A stretch of 42,955 nucleotides of DNA from Candidatus Giovannonibacteria bacterium RIFCSPHIGHO2_02_FULL_45_13 (GTDB taxonomy: Bacteria > Patescibacteriota > Minisyncoccia > UBA11713 > 2-01-FULL-45-33), in assembly GCA_001778635.1 (NCBI GenBank), contig MFHO01000004.1:11415-54369 (forward strand), given 5' to 3'. Below are positions 30,902 to 39,333 of the stretch, in pieces (the first letter of the stretch is position 1; each line of letters opens with the position of its first letter). The notes below the pieces were generated by a model that saw only the letters and a list, made by a program, of their open reading frames with translations, searched no databases and was not told the origin of the DNA. The translations under genes and the position numbers were made by a program.

Positions 30902-32650
30902 ATGGCTGCTAAAGGCATTCTAGATGTCTTGGCTGCTTCCGGAGAAATTACTATTCAGGAAGCGGCGGAGATCAGAAAAATCGCAAGATCGAAAAATATT
31001 TCGATTGAAGCGGAGCTTTTGGAGCGCGGCTTGGATGAACAAAAAGTTCTCCGCGCCAAGGGGGAAGCTCTCGGAATACCTACTATTTTTTTGGGCGGCA
31101 AAAAAGTGCCTTTTGATTTGCTCAAAACTATTCCAGAAGAATCAGCGAGGCACTATCAGTTCGTCCCTATTAATTCAGAAAACGGAATGATTTCCATCGG
31201 AATGGTTGATCCGGAAAACATTGAAGCCAAAGAAGCGCTTAAGTTCATCGCCACTCGTCTTAATCAGCCGTTTAAAGTTTTTCTTATCTCGCGGAGGGAT
31301 CTCGCCGGCGTTTTAGATGAATATAAGGGCATTTCCGGCGAGGTGACAAAAGTTTTGGGTGAGCTGGAAACCGCGCTTTCAGAGGAAGCTGTTTTGCAGA
31401 GCGGACTTATCAGAAAGGGAGTCCGCGCCGGAATCCGCGACGAACTTGGCGCGGAGTCCGCGCTTGTTGAAGAGGCGCCGATTACAAAAATGGTGGCGGT
31501 AATTTTGCGGCATGCCACAGAAGGCCGGGCCTCCGATATTCACATCGAGCCCGGCAGAGAGCAATTGCGCGTTCGTTTCCGCGTGGACGGCGTGCTTCAC
31601 ACAAGCCTTTTTTTGCCGATGAAAGCGCATGACGCGATTCTCTCGCGAGTTAAAATTTTGACAAACCTGCAGTTAGATGAGAAAAGGAAACCTCAAGACG
31701 GAAGATTCTCGGCGAAAATCGGAGGCAGAGAAATTGATTTCCGCGTTTCAACATTCCCGACTTATTTTGGAGAAAAAGCGGCTATCCGCATTTTGGATCC
31801 GGAAACAGGCATTAAAACGCTTGATGATCTGGGGTTTTCCGAAGATCACGGCGGAGCAGTCAAAAAATCGCTTGAGAAGCCTTACGGATTAATACTTCTT
31901 ACCGGTCCTACCGGCTCCGGAAAATCAACGACGCTTTACGCGATGTTGCAGTCGTTAAACGAGGATCGCTGGAACATTGTAAGTTTGGAAGATCCTGTGG
32001 AATATTCAATTGTCGGCATAAATCAGTCGCAGGTTAAGCCCGAAATAGGTTATGATTTTGCCGAAGGCCTTCGCCATATCTTGCGGCAAGATCCGGATGT
32101 GATAATGGTTGGCGAGATCAGAGACAAAGAAACCGCGCAGCTTGCCATCCACGCTGCTTTAACGGGGCATCTTGTGCTTTCAACTCTGCACACGAATACG
32201 GCTCCTGGAGTAATACCGCGGCTGATTGACATGGGCGTTGATCCATATCTTATCGCGCCGACACTTGTTATGGCGATCGGCCAGAGGCTTGTGCGGACTT
32301 TATGCGAAGATTCCAAAGAAGAAGTGCCGCTTGAAGGAAAAGTCAAGGAGACTATTTTAAAAGAACTGGAGGCAATGCCGGAGGCCGCGAGGCGTAAAAT
32401 AAAACTGCCGCGCGTCATCTACAAGCCAAAAATTTCCCCCACTTGCCCCAAGGGTTCAAGCGGCCGCATCGCCATTTTTGAGGTTTTGGAGATGACTAAA
32501 AACCTTGAACATTTGGTTTTAGAGCGCGCTTCAGAGACGGTTATCGGCGAGGAGGCAAAAAAGCAAGGTATGCTTACGCTTCGGCAAGACGGCCTGATGC
32601 GCGTGCTTGAGGGCAAAATTGGACTCGAAGAATTATTAGAAGTAATATAG
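30902..32650 (+). CDS. pilB: Type IV pilus extension ATPase PilB (GspE family)
   Basis: N-terminal GSPII_E_N-like domain, Walker A GPTGSGKST, Asp box, Walker B DPDVIMVGEIRD, His box TGHLVLSTLHTN. Confidence 0.93.
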   Translation: MAAKGILDVLAASGEITIQEAAEIRKIARSKNISIEAELLERGLDEQKVLRAKGEALGIPTIFLGGKKVPFDLLKTIPEESARHYQFVPINSENGMISIGMVDPENIEAKEALKFIATRLNQPFKVFLISRRDLAGVLDEYKGISGEVTKVLGELETALSEEAVLQSGLIRKGVRAGIRDELGAESALVEEAPITKMVAVILRHATEGRASDIHIEPGREQLRVRFRVDGVLHTSLFLPMKAHDAILSRVKILTNLQLDEKRKPQDGRFSAKIGGREIDFRVSTFPTYFGEKAAIRILDPETGIKTLDDLGFSEDHGGAVKKSLEKPYGLILLTGPTGSGKSTTLYAMLQSLNEDRWNIVSLEDPVEYSIVGINQSQVKPEIGYDFAEGLRHILRQDPDVIMVGEIRDKETAQLAIHAALTGHLVLSTLHTNTAPGVIPRLIDMGVDPYLIAPTLVMAIGQRLVRTLCEDSKEEVPLEGKVKETILKELEAMPEAARRKIKLPRVIYKPKISPTCPKGSSGRIAIFEVLEMTKNLEHLVLERASETVIGEEAKKQGMLTLRQDGLMRVLEGKIGLEELLEVI

Positions 32651-32654
32651 ATAT

Positions 32655-33029
32655 ATGACCAAGGTTTTGATAGCAGACGACGACGCCTTTCTTTCGGATA
32701 TGTATGTTTTTAAGTTTAAGGAATCCGGTTTTGAGGTTGAGGTTGCCAAAAACGGCGAGGATGCGGTGGCAAAAGCCAAAAGCGTAAATCCCGACGTGAT
32801 TCTTTTGGATATCGTTATGCCTAAAATGGACGGCTTCGAAGCTCTTCGAGCGATCAAAGAAAATGGCGTCGCTCCAAATGCCATCGTCGTGGTTTTATCT
32901 AATCTTGGCCAAAAAGAAGATGTGGAAAAAGGTCTCAAGCTCGGCGCTAATGATTACATCATAAAAGCCCATTCCACTCCTTCTGAAGTTGTGGCTAAAG
33001 TTAAAAGTCTGCTTGAGAAACATGGCTGA
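32655..33029 (+). CDS. Stand-alone response-regulator receiver protein (CheY-like)
   Basis: VLIADDD...PDVILLDIVMPKMDG...VVLSNLGQ...GANDYIIKA, the canonical REC domain. 124 aa. Confidence 0.9.
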   Translation: MTKVLIADDDAFLSDMYVFKFKESGFEVEVAKNGEDAVAKAKSVNPDVILLDIVMPKMDGFEALRAIKENGVAPNAIVVVLSNLGQKEDVEKGLKLGANDYIIKAHSTPSEVVAKVKSLLEKHG

Positions 33030-34092
33030 TTACGGAAAATTTTTGGAAGAGCTTATTGCGAATGTGGCGGAAGAGGGCGCTTCGGATTTGCATTTGTCGG
33101 TTGGCAGGCATCCGGTGCTCCGGGTTTCTGGCCAATTGGTTCCTCTCACCAAAAAGCCGATTCTTGCGCAAGCCGATACTGCCGGTTTGGCGGAAGCGCT
33201 GATGGGCAAAGATTGGTATCATGAATTTCTTACCGGCAAAGAACGCGATTTTTCTTATTCGTATAAAGACAAGCTCCGTTTTCGCGTAAACGCTTATTTT
33301 CAAAAAGGCTCTGTTGGCGTGGCGCTTCGCATCGTGCCGTATAAAATAAAAACACTGGAAGAATTAAACATGCCGCCTGCTTTGAGCGAATTTACCAGGC
33401 GCCAACAAGGATTCTTTTTGGTGGTAGGTCCAACCGGCCACGGAAAATCAACGACGCTCGCGGCAATGGTTGATCTTATTAACCACACAAAAACCGAACA
33501 CATTATAACCATTGAAGACCCGATTGAATATATTTTTACTCCTGATCGATCGATGATTGATCAAAGAGAAGTCGGTTTGGATACGAAAGATTTCGCGACA
33601 GCTTTACGGTCCATGTTTAGGCAAGACGTGAACGTGGCTATGATTGGAGAGATGCGCGACAACGAAACGATGTCTGCGGCGGTAACGGCTGCGGAAACCG
33701 GACATTTAATTTTTTCATCGCTGCATACAAATAACGCCGCGCAAACCATAGATCGGATTATTGATACTTTTCGGGCGGACCAGCAGGGGCAGATAAGGGC
33801 GCAGCTGGCAAGCACGCTCATAGGCGTTTTTTCTCAAAGGCTTATACCGCGGGTTTCCGGCGGGCTTATTCCGGCGTACGAGCTTTTGATTTCTAACGCG
33901 GCAGTAAGAAATTTGATAAGGGAAAACAAAGTTCACGAGCTTGATTTGGTAATAGAAACGAGCGCCCAATTCGGGATGGTCAGTTTTAACAGATCGCTGA
34001 TTGATTTGGTGCGAAGAGGCGAAATTACAATGGAAAACGCTCTGCTGTTTTCCTTAAACCCGCAGGAGCTAAGAATTTTAGCCGGGAAATAG
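33022..34092 (+). CDS. pilT: Type IV pilus retraction ATPase PilT
   Basis: From ATG 33022 (ATGGCTGA overlap with the REC gene). ASDLHL, Walker A GPTGHGKST, VNVAMIGEMRD, TGHLIFSSLHTN, AVRNLIRENK. Confidence 0.92.
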   Translation: MADYGKFLEELIANVAEEGASDLHLSVGRHPVLRVSGQLVPLTKKPILAQADTAGLAEALMGKDWYHEFLTGKERDFSYSYKDKLRFRVNAYFQKGSVGVALRIVPYKIKTLEELNMPPALSEFTRRQQGFFLVVGPTGHGKSTTLAAMVDLINHTKTEHIITIEDPIEYIFTPDRSMIDQREVGLDTKDFATALRSMFRQDVNVAMIGEMRDNETMSAAVTAAETGHLIFSSLHTNNAAQTIDRIIDTFRADQQGQIRAQLASTLIGVFSQRLIPRVSGGLIPAYELLISNAAVRNLIRENKVHELDLVIETSAQFGMVSFNRSLIDLVRRGEITMENALLFSLNPQELRILAGK

Positions 34093-34096
34093 GGCC

Positions 34097-35314
34097 ATGC
34101 AGTTTCAATACAAAGCAAGGACCGGGGAAGGCGAGGGGACGGAGGGGGTGATTGAAGCGGCCAGCCTCGATTTAGCTGTTGCCTCTTTGCAGAGGCGCAA
34201 TTTTTTGGTGATCTCGATTGAGCCTACTGAAGTAGCCGCGAAAAGCGTGTGGAACATTGCTGGATGGTCAAGCATTTTCGAAAGGGTGCCCGTAAAAGAT
34301 GTTGTGATTTTGACCAGGCAGCTATCCACCCTTTTTGAAGCCAAGGTTCCGATTGTGGAAGCGTTGAAAATCATAATCGGTGAAACAGGAAATAAATTGC
34401 TCAAAAGGCGGATGTCCGATCTTTTGGACGAAATTCAGGGCGGGATGGCGATGAGCCAGGCAATGGCGCGTCATCCGGAAATTTTTTCCCGTTTCTATGT
34501 TGCCATGATTAGATCAGGCGAGGAATCCGGGAAGTTGGAGGAAATATTCACTTTTTTGGCTGATTATCTTGAGCGCTCATTTGAGCTTACAAGAAAAGCA
34601 AGGAACGCTTTGATTTACCCGGCCTTTGTTCTCTCGGCTTTTATCGCGGTGATGTCTCTTATGCTTGTTTTTGTAATTCCGAATTTGGCCGATATTTTAC
34701 TTGAAGCCGGTCAGGAAATCCCGATCTACACCCGCATTGTTATAGGTTTAAGCGAATTTATAAGAAGCTTTGGACTGGTGCTTTTGTTGTTTGCGGCAGT
34801 TTTGAGCGTGTTTTTGTCAAAATACGCGCGCACGGAAAACGGAAAGATGTATTTCGCAAGGCTTTTGATTTCAATTCCGATAGTCGGAGGGCTTTATAAA
34901 AAAATTTATCTTTCCAGAATCTCTGACAATCTTCATACTCTTCTTTCAGGCGGCATAACCGTGGTGCGCGCTCTCGAAATTACGGCGGAAGTCGTCGGGA
35001 ATGAGATTTACCGCAGAATTCTTCTGGATTCGGTGGAAATGGTAAAGAGCGGTAGCATGATATCAGACGCTTTTTCAAAGTATGCAGACATCCCTCCGCT
35101 GCTTGCACAAATGGTCAGAATCGGCGAAGAGACTGGGAAATTGGATTATATTTTAAGCAGTATTTCCAATTTTCACAGGCGCGAGGTGGATAATTTGATA
35201 GACAATTTGGTTAATCTCATAGAGCCTGTTTTAATCGTGGCTTTGGGTTTGGGCGTGGGGGTTTTGGTCGCGGCGGTCTTGATTCCGATATATAACATAT
35301 CCACAGCCTTCTGA
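34097..35314 (+). CDS. pilC: Type IV pilus platform protein PilC (GspF family)
   Basis: 405 aa with two T2SSF repeats (LTRQLSTLFEAKVPIVEAL, ISDNLHTLLSGGITVVRAL) and three TM helices. Confidence 0.92.
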   Translation: MQFQYKARTGEGEGTEGVIEAASLDLAVASLQRRNFLVISIEPTEVAAKSVWNIAGWSSIFERVPVKDVVILTRQLSTLFEAKVPIVEALKIIIGETGNKLLKRRMSDLLDEIQGGMAMSQAMARHPEIFSRFYVAMIRSGEESGKLEEIFTFLADYLERSFELTRKARNALIYPAFVLSAFIAVMSLMLVFVIPNLADILLEAGQEIPIYTRIVIGLSEFIRSFGLVLLLFAAVLSVFLSKYARTENGKMYFARLLISIPIVGGLYKKIYLSRISDNLHTLLSGGITVVRALEITAEVVGNEIYRRILLDSVEMVKSGSMISDAFSKYADIPPLLAQMVRIGEETGKLDYILSSISNFHRREVDNLIDNLVNLIEPVLIVALGLGVGVLVAAVLIPIYNISTAF

Positions 35315-35341
35315 TTTATCGGGTTTAATCTGTGGTATAAT
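35313..35341 (+). promoter_or_regulatory. candidate promoter of the first pilin gene
   Basis: Extended -10 TGgTATAAT (35333-35341) with a weak -35 GATTTA 17 nt upstream. Confidence 0.45.
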
Positions 35342-35391
35342 CGCTTTTAAGAGGTCGATTACCGAACTTTTAATGGATTTTAACTTTTTTT

Positions 35392-35865
35392 ATGTTTAAT
35401 TATAAAAAATCAGGCAAATTTGGGTTCACTTTGATAGAATTACTTGTTGTGATCGCCATTATCGGCATTTTAGCCTCCGTTGTTTTAGCTTCGTTAAACT
35501 CTGCCCGCAAGAAGTCTAGAGATGCCCGCAGACTTGCTGATATCAAGCAGATTCAGGTGGCTTTGGAGCTTTATTTTGACGCGAATGCCAATGAATATCC
35601 TGACGCAACATCTGATTTAGACCCGACTTATATTGCGGTTGTGCCAACTGATCCGAACGGAGGAGCATATGGATACGACAATCTTACCAACGCTAGCGCA
35701 GCTTGCGCTGTCGCAACTGGTGTGTGTACCTCTTATGTTCTGAAGGCCGTCTTAGAAGACGATAATCCGGCGTTGGATAACGACATTGATGGCACGGTAG
35801 GATCTGCGTCGTGCGGCGCCAATCCTGAAGTGACTCCGGACTGGTGGTATTGCGTCCAGCCGTAA
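35392..35865 (+). CDS. Type IV pilin (prepilin-type N-terminal methylation domain)
   Basis: Leader MFNYKKSGKFG followed by FTLIELLVVIAIIGILASVVLASL. C-terminal Cys pairs. Confidence 0.88.
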   Translation: MFNYKKSGKFGFTLIELLVVIAIIGILASVVLASLNSARKKSRDARRLADIKQIQVALELYFDANANEYPDATSDLDPTYIAVVPTDPNGGAYGYDNLTNASAACAVATGVCTSYVLKAVLEDDNPALDNDIDGTVGSASCGANPEVTPDWWYCVQP

Positions 35866-35873
35866 ATTCGTAA

Positions 35874-36356
35874 ATGGATAGGCGGCGCGGTTTCACATTA
35901 ATAGAGCTTTTAGTGGTGATTGCCATTATTGGCATATTGGCCTCTTTGGCTTTGGCATCTTTCAATTCCGCAAGGCTTAAATCCAGAGACGCGCGGCGGG
36001 TCGCGGATATTAATCAGATCAAAGTTGCTTTGGAGCTTTATTTTGACGCAAACGCAAACATTTATCCTGCTGATGCTGATGGGTTGGGCGCGCTTGACCC
36101 TGCTTATATAACTGTTGTTCCGCGTGATCCTGTTGGCAATACGCCGTACTCTTACCATCGCTGTGTGGCCCCGTCTTCTAAATATCACTTGGGTGCAAGT
36201 TTGGAAGAAAGTACTCACGCCGCTTTGAGCGTTGATTTGGACAATACTCCGTGTGGCGCCGGAGAATCCGGGGATTTTGCCAATTCCGCCAACAACGATT
36301 CAGGCAAATGTAATTCCACAGACTCCGGCGTAGCTTGTTATGACCTTAGCCCTTGA
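35874..36356 (+). CDS. Type IV pilin, paralogue
   Basis: MDRRRG/FTLIELLVVIAIIGILASLALASF. Shares ...RDARR.ADI.QI.VALELYFDANAN with the upstream pilin. Confidence 0.88.
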   Translation: MDRRRGFTLIELLVVIAIIGILASLALASFNSARLKSRDARRVADINQIKVALELYFDANANIYPADADGLGALDPAYITVVPRDPVGNTPYSYHRCVAPSSKYHLGASLEESTHAALSVDLDNTPCGAGESGDFANSANNDSGKCNSTDSGVACYDLSP

Positions 36357-36362
36357 TATTAA

Positions 36363-37136
36363 ATGATTGAAGTCGCTGTTTTTGTTTTCGGTGCTATTAT
36401 CGGCAGTTTTTTTAATGTGGTTTTACTTCGGAAAAACACCGGCGAGTCCGTTATTTTTACCGGCTCCCGGTGTTTTTCGTGCGGGAAAAAACTTTCGTGG
36501 CTTGAGCTTATTCCGATTTTGAGTTTTTTGATGCAACGCGGAAGATGCAGTCCGCCAGCTGGCGGATGCGGGAGCAAGATTTCTTGGCAGTATCCAGTTG
36601 TTGAATTTTTGGTCGGGCTTTTGGCCGTTTTAATTCACTTGGAAACTAAGTTTCCAAGTGGAAACTTAGTTTCCAAGCTATTTTATTTCGCTGCTTTTTC
36701 GACCTTATTTCTGATTGTTGCCTATGATTTTCGCACGAAGATTATTGATACGCACCTTCTTTATATTTTCGGTGTTTTTTCGTTGGTGGAGTTTGTCCGA
36801 GCAGGCGGCTACGCGAATAATTTAATCTCATCATTTTTAATCGCCTTGTTTTTTTATTTTTTGTGGAGATTTTCCGGCGGGCGCTGGATGGGCAGGGGAG
36901 ACGCGAATTTGGCTTTTTTCACCTCTTTATTTTTGGGCTGGCCGCTGAATCTCGCTGCGCTTTTTGTTTCTTTCTGGCTTGGCGGGCTTGCCGGATTTTT
37001 TCTTTTGCTTTTTCGGAGACGCGATTTCAGTTTGAAAAGTGAAATTCCATTCGGACCATTCTTGGCCACCTCTACTTTTTCGGTTTGGTATTTCGCGGAT
37101 TTTTTCAGCGAGCTTACAAGGCTTTTCGTGCTATAA
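36363..37136 (+). CDS. pilD: Prepilin peptidase (A24 family, PilD)
   Basis: CFSCGKKLSWLELIP, GRC...C..ISWQYPVVE, YDFRTKIID, GRGDANLAFF (active-site Asp regions). Confidence 0.88.
   Translation: MIEVAVFVFGAIIGSFFNVVLLRKNTGESVIFTGSRCFSCGKKLSWLELIPILSFLMQRGRCSPPAGGCGSKISWQYPVVEFLVGLLAVLIHLETKFPSGNLVSKLFYFAAFSTLFLIVAYDFRTKIIDTHLLYIFGVFSLVEFVRAGGYANNLISSFLIALFFYFLWRFSGGRWMGRGDANLAFFTSLFLGWPLNLAALFVSFWLGGLAGFFLLLFRRRDFSLKSEIPFGPFLATSTFSVWYFADFFSELTRLFVL
36638..36677. repeat. tandem pair of 19-21-nt palindromes inside pilD
   Basis: CTTGGAAACTAAGTTTCCAAG followed by TGGAAACTTAGTTTCCAAG. Each unit is self-complementary, and the two differ essentially by the centre base. Confidence 0.85.
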
Positions 37137-37145
37137 TTTAAATTA

Positions 37146-37733
37146 ATGCACAAACGCGCCTTCACGCTCATAGAGGTTGTTGTGGTTATCGGAGTGATGG
37201 CCATTATTTCTTCTGTAATGCTTGCCCACTTTCCCAGATTTAACAAACAAATTGCTGCGGAGCGCGAAGCGAGGAAGTTGGTGCTGGCTTTAAGGAAGGC
37301 GCAATTTTATGCGCTTGCTGTGCGCGAATTTAATCCAACTTTTAATGACGATCCTTTTTGCGTAAATCCTCCGGTAAGATTTCCCGGGTACGGGCTATTT
37401 TTGAGCATTGCCGATCAGTCGCGCTATTTTATTTACGGCGATGTCAGCTGCTCAAAATACTATGAAAGTTCGCCGGTTGAAGAAATTGCGGAAGCTGCAA
37501 ATTTTGAAAGCAAAATATCGATTACCTCAATTAAGGGGTTTGACGCGTCAATTTGCGCCGCTGGATGCGAGCTCGACGAAATTTCTGTTTTATATGTCAG
37601 GCCCGGCCCGACAACCCGGATTCGAAGCGGTGGGGTGGATTATAATTACGCAGAATTTGTTTTAAGCTCTTCAGACGGCTCGGTCCAAAAAAAAATCGTT
37701 GCGCGCTTTACCGGACAGGTATCCGTTGAGTAA
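37146..37733 (+). CDS. minor pilin-like protein
   Basis: MHKRA/FTLIEVVVVIGVMAIISSV prepilin-type N-terminus. Confidence 0.75.
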   Translation: MHKRAFTLIEVVVVIGVMAIISSVMLAHFPRFNKQIAAEREARKLVLALRKAQFYALAVREFNPTFNDDPFCVNPPVRFPGYGLFLSIADQSRYFIYGDVSCSKYYESSPVEEIAEAANFESKISITSIKGFDASICAAGCELDEISVLYVRPGPTTRIRSGGVDYNYAEFVLSSSDGSVQKKIVARFTGQVSVE

Positions 37734-37735
37734 TC

Positions 37736-38269
37736 ATGAAACATAAAACATCAAAAATGAATAATGCCTCGTGCTTCATGCTTAGCGCTTTAGGATTTTC
37801 GTTGCTGGAAACGACGGTGGCTATTGCGATTTTGATAACCGCGATTATCGGTCCGCTAACATTAGCTTCGTCTAGCATCAAGGCTTCAGCCACCGCGAAA
37901 AATAATCTTATAGCCGCTAATTTGGCGCAGGAAGGCGTTGAGCTTGTAAAAAATCACCGTGCTAACAATGTTCTTGCGGAGCGCGACTGGCTTTACGGCT
38001 TTGGAGATTGCCTTACAGAGGTTGGCTGTACAATAGATGCGCTGACTATTGAGATAAACCTGTGCGGCGCTTCGTGCGAGCCGATTAAGCTAGACGAGCA
38101 ATCGGGGCTTTACAGTTACGGCGCCGGCAATCCGACTATTTTCGCGCGCAAAATCAATCTGGTGGAAACCGTAGGCGCGCGCGAAGTCAAAATCAAAAGC
38201 GCAGTTTCGTGGACGGATCGTTTCGGCGCGCAGAAGTTCGAATTAGAAGCTTATATGCTGAATTGGTAA
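37736..38269 (+). CDS. minor pilin-like protein
   Basis: ...SALG/FSLLETTVAIAILITAIIGPL prepilin-type N-terminus after a long leader. Confidence 0.7.
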   Translation: MKHKTSKMNNASCFMLSALGFSLLETTVAIAILITAIIGPLTLASSSIKASATAKNNLIAANLAQEGVELVKNHRANNVLAERDWLYGFGDCLTEVGCTIDALTIEINLCGASCEPIKLDEQSGLYSYGAGNPTIFARKINLVETVGAREVKIKSAVSWTDRFGAQKFELEAYMLNW

Positions 38270-38271
38270 AT

Positions 38272-38805
38272 ATGAAAGGATTTACTCTATTAGAAATGAT
38301 TGTGGCGTTGGGGGTTTTTGCGACCGTCGCGTTGATTTCGGCAAGCTCTTTGCTTTTACTTACAGACGCGCAAAGAAAAGCCTTTTCTTTGCAATCTGCT
38401 TATGACAATGTCCGTTTTTCATTGGAGGTAATGGCCAGAGACTTGAGGACCGGCTATTCTTATTACTGCGGCTCAGATCAAAATGATATTATTCAGGAAC
38501 CAACGTCGCGAGATTGTCCGGCAGGCGGTCCTGCAATAAGCTATAAAAATTTTTCCGGGAACACGGTCAATTACCGGATTTTTGAAGGACGCATAGAAAA
38601 ATTTGTCGATGGCATTTTTGTTGGCGCAATGACTTCTGAAAATATTATTGTTGATACCCTCACTTTTTATGTTGTTGGGTCTCCATCGGATGACGACTGG
38701 CAGCCCAGAGTGGCTATTGTGATAAAAGGGGAGGCGGGCAGTGGCAGGTCGATGTCAAAATTTAATTTGCAAACTACCGTTAGCCAGAGAAAAATAAATT
38801 TATGA
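38272..38805 (+). CDS. minor pilin-like protein
   Basis: From ATG 38272: MKG/FTLLEMIVALGVFATVALI. Confidence 0.75.
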   Translation: MKGFTLLEMIVALGVFATVALISASSLLLLTDAQRKAFSLQSAYDNVRFSLEVMARDLRTGYSYYCGSDQNDIIQEPTSRDCPAGGPAISYKNFSGNTVNYRIFEGRIEKFVDGIFVGAMTSENIIVDTLTFYVVGSPSDDDWQPRVAIVIKGEAGSGRSMSKFNLQTTVSQRKINL

Positions 38806-39224
38806 AAAAACGCGGAGTAACGTTGCTTTTGGCAATATTTATATCAACGCTCGCGACTTCTTTGGGGCTTGGCATATTCGCGATTATTTTCGGCGAGCTT
38901 GGGATTTCCGGCGTGGCAAAAGAATCTTTAGTGGCTCTTTACGCTGCCGACTCCGGCGCTGAATGCGCTATTTATTGGGATATCAAACAGCAAGCTTTTT
39001 CAACAACGACCTCTTCAAGCATAAATTGCGCCGGCAGCGATTTTACTGTTGGCGGATCTCCGCTATCTATATTTGATTTAACTCTACCAAACGATTCTTG
39101 CGCGCATATTCAGGTTCAAAAAAGCGACGGCGGAACTACCGTGACTTCGTTAGGCAGCAACAATAGTTGCGACTCGGCTTCTCCGTCGCGCACAGTTCAG
39201 CGCGGCCTTGAAGTGACGTATTGA
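38802..39224 (+). CDS. pilus-associated protein with hydrophobic N-terminus (PilX-like, tentative)
   Basis: MKKRGVTLLLAIFISTLATSLGLGIFAII. ATGA overlap with the preceding pilin gene. Confidence 0.45.
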   Translation: MKKRGVTLLLAIFISTLATSLGLGIFAIIFGELGISGVAKESLVALYAADSGAECAIYWDIKQQAFSTTTSSSINCAGSDFTVGGSPLSIFDLTLPNDSCAHIQVQKSDGGTTVTSLGSNNSCDSASPSRTVQRGLEVTY

Positions 39225-39333
39225 TTAAATCTACCCTTTACGGCCTAGCAAGCGGACTTAATTTTGTCAAGTTTTTGGGGCTGGTTTGCCACTATGAATC
39301 AGAGTTGTTTTGCGCTAGAATTAAGTTAATCAA

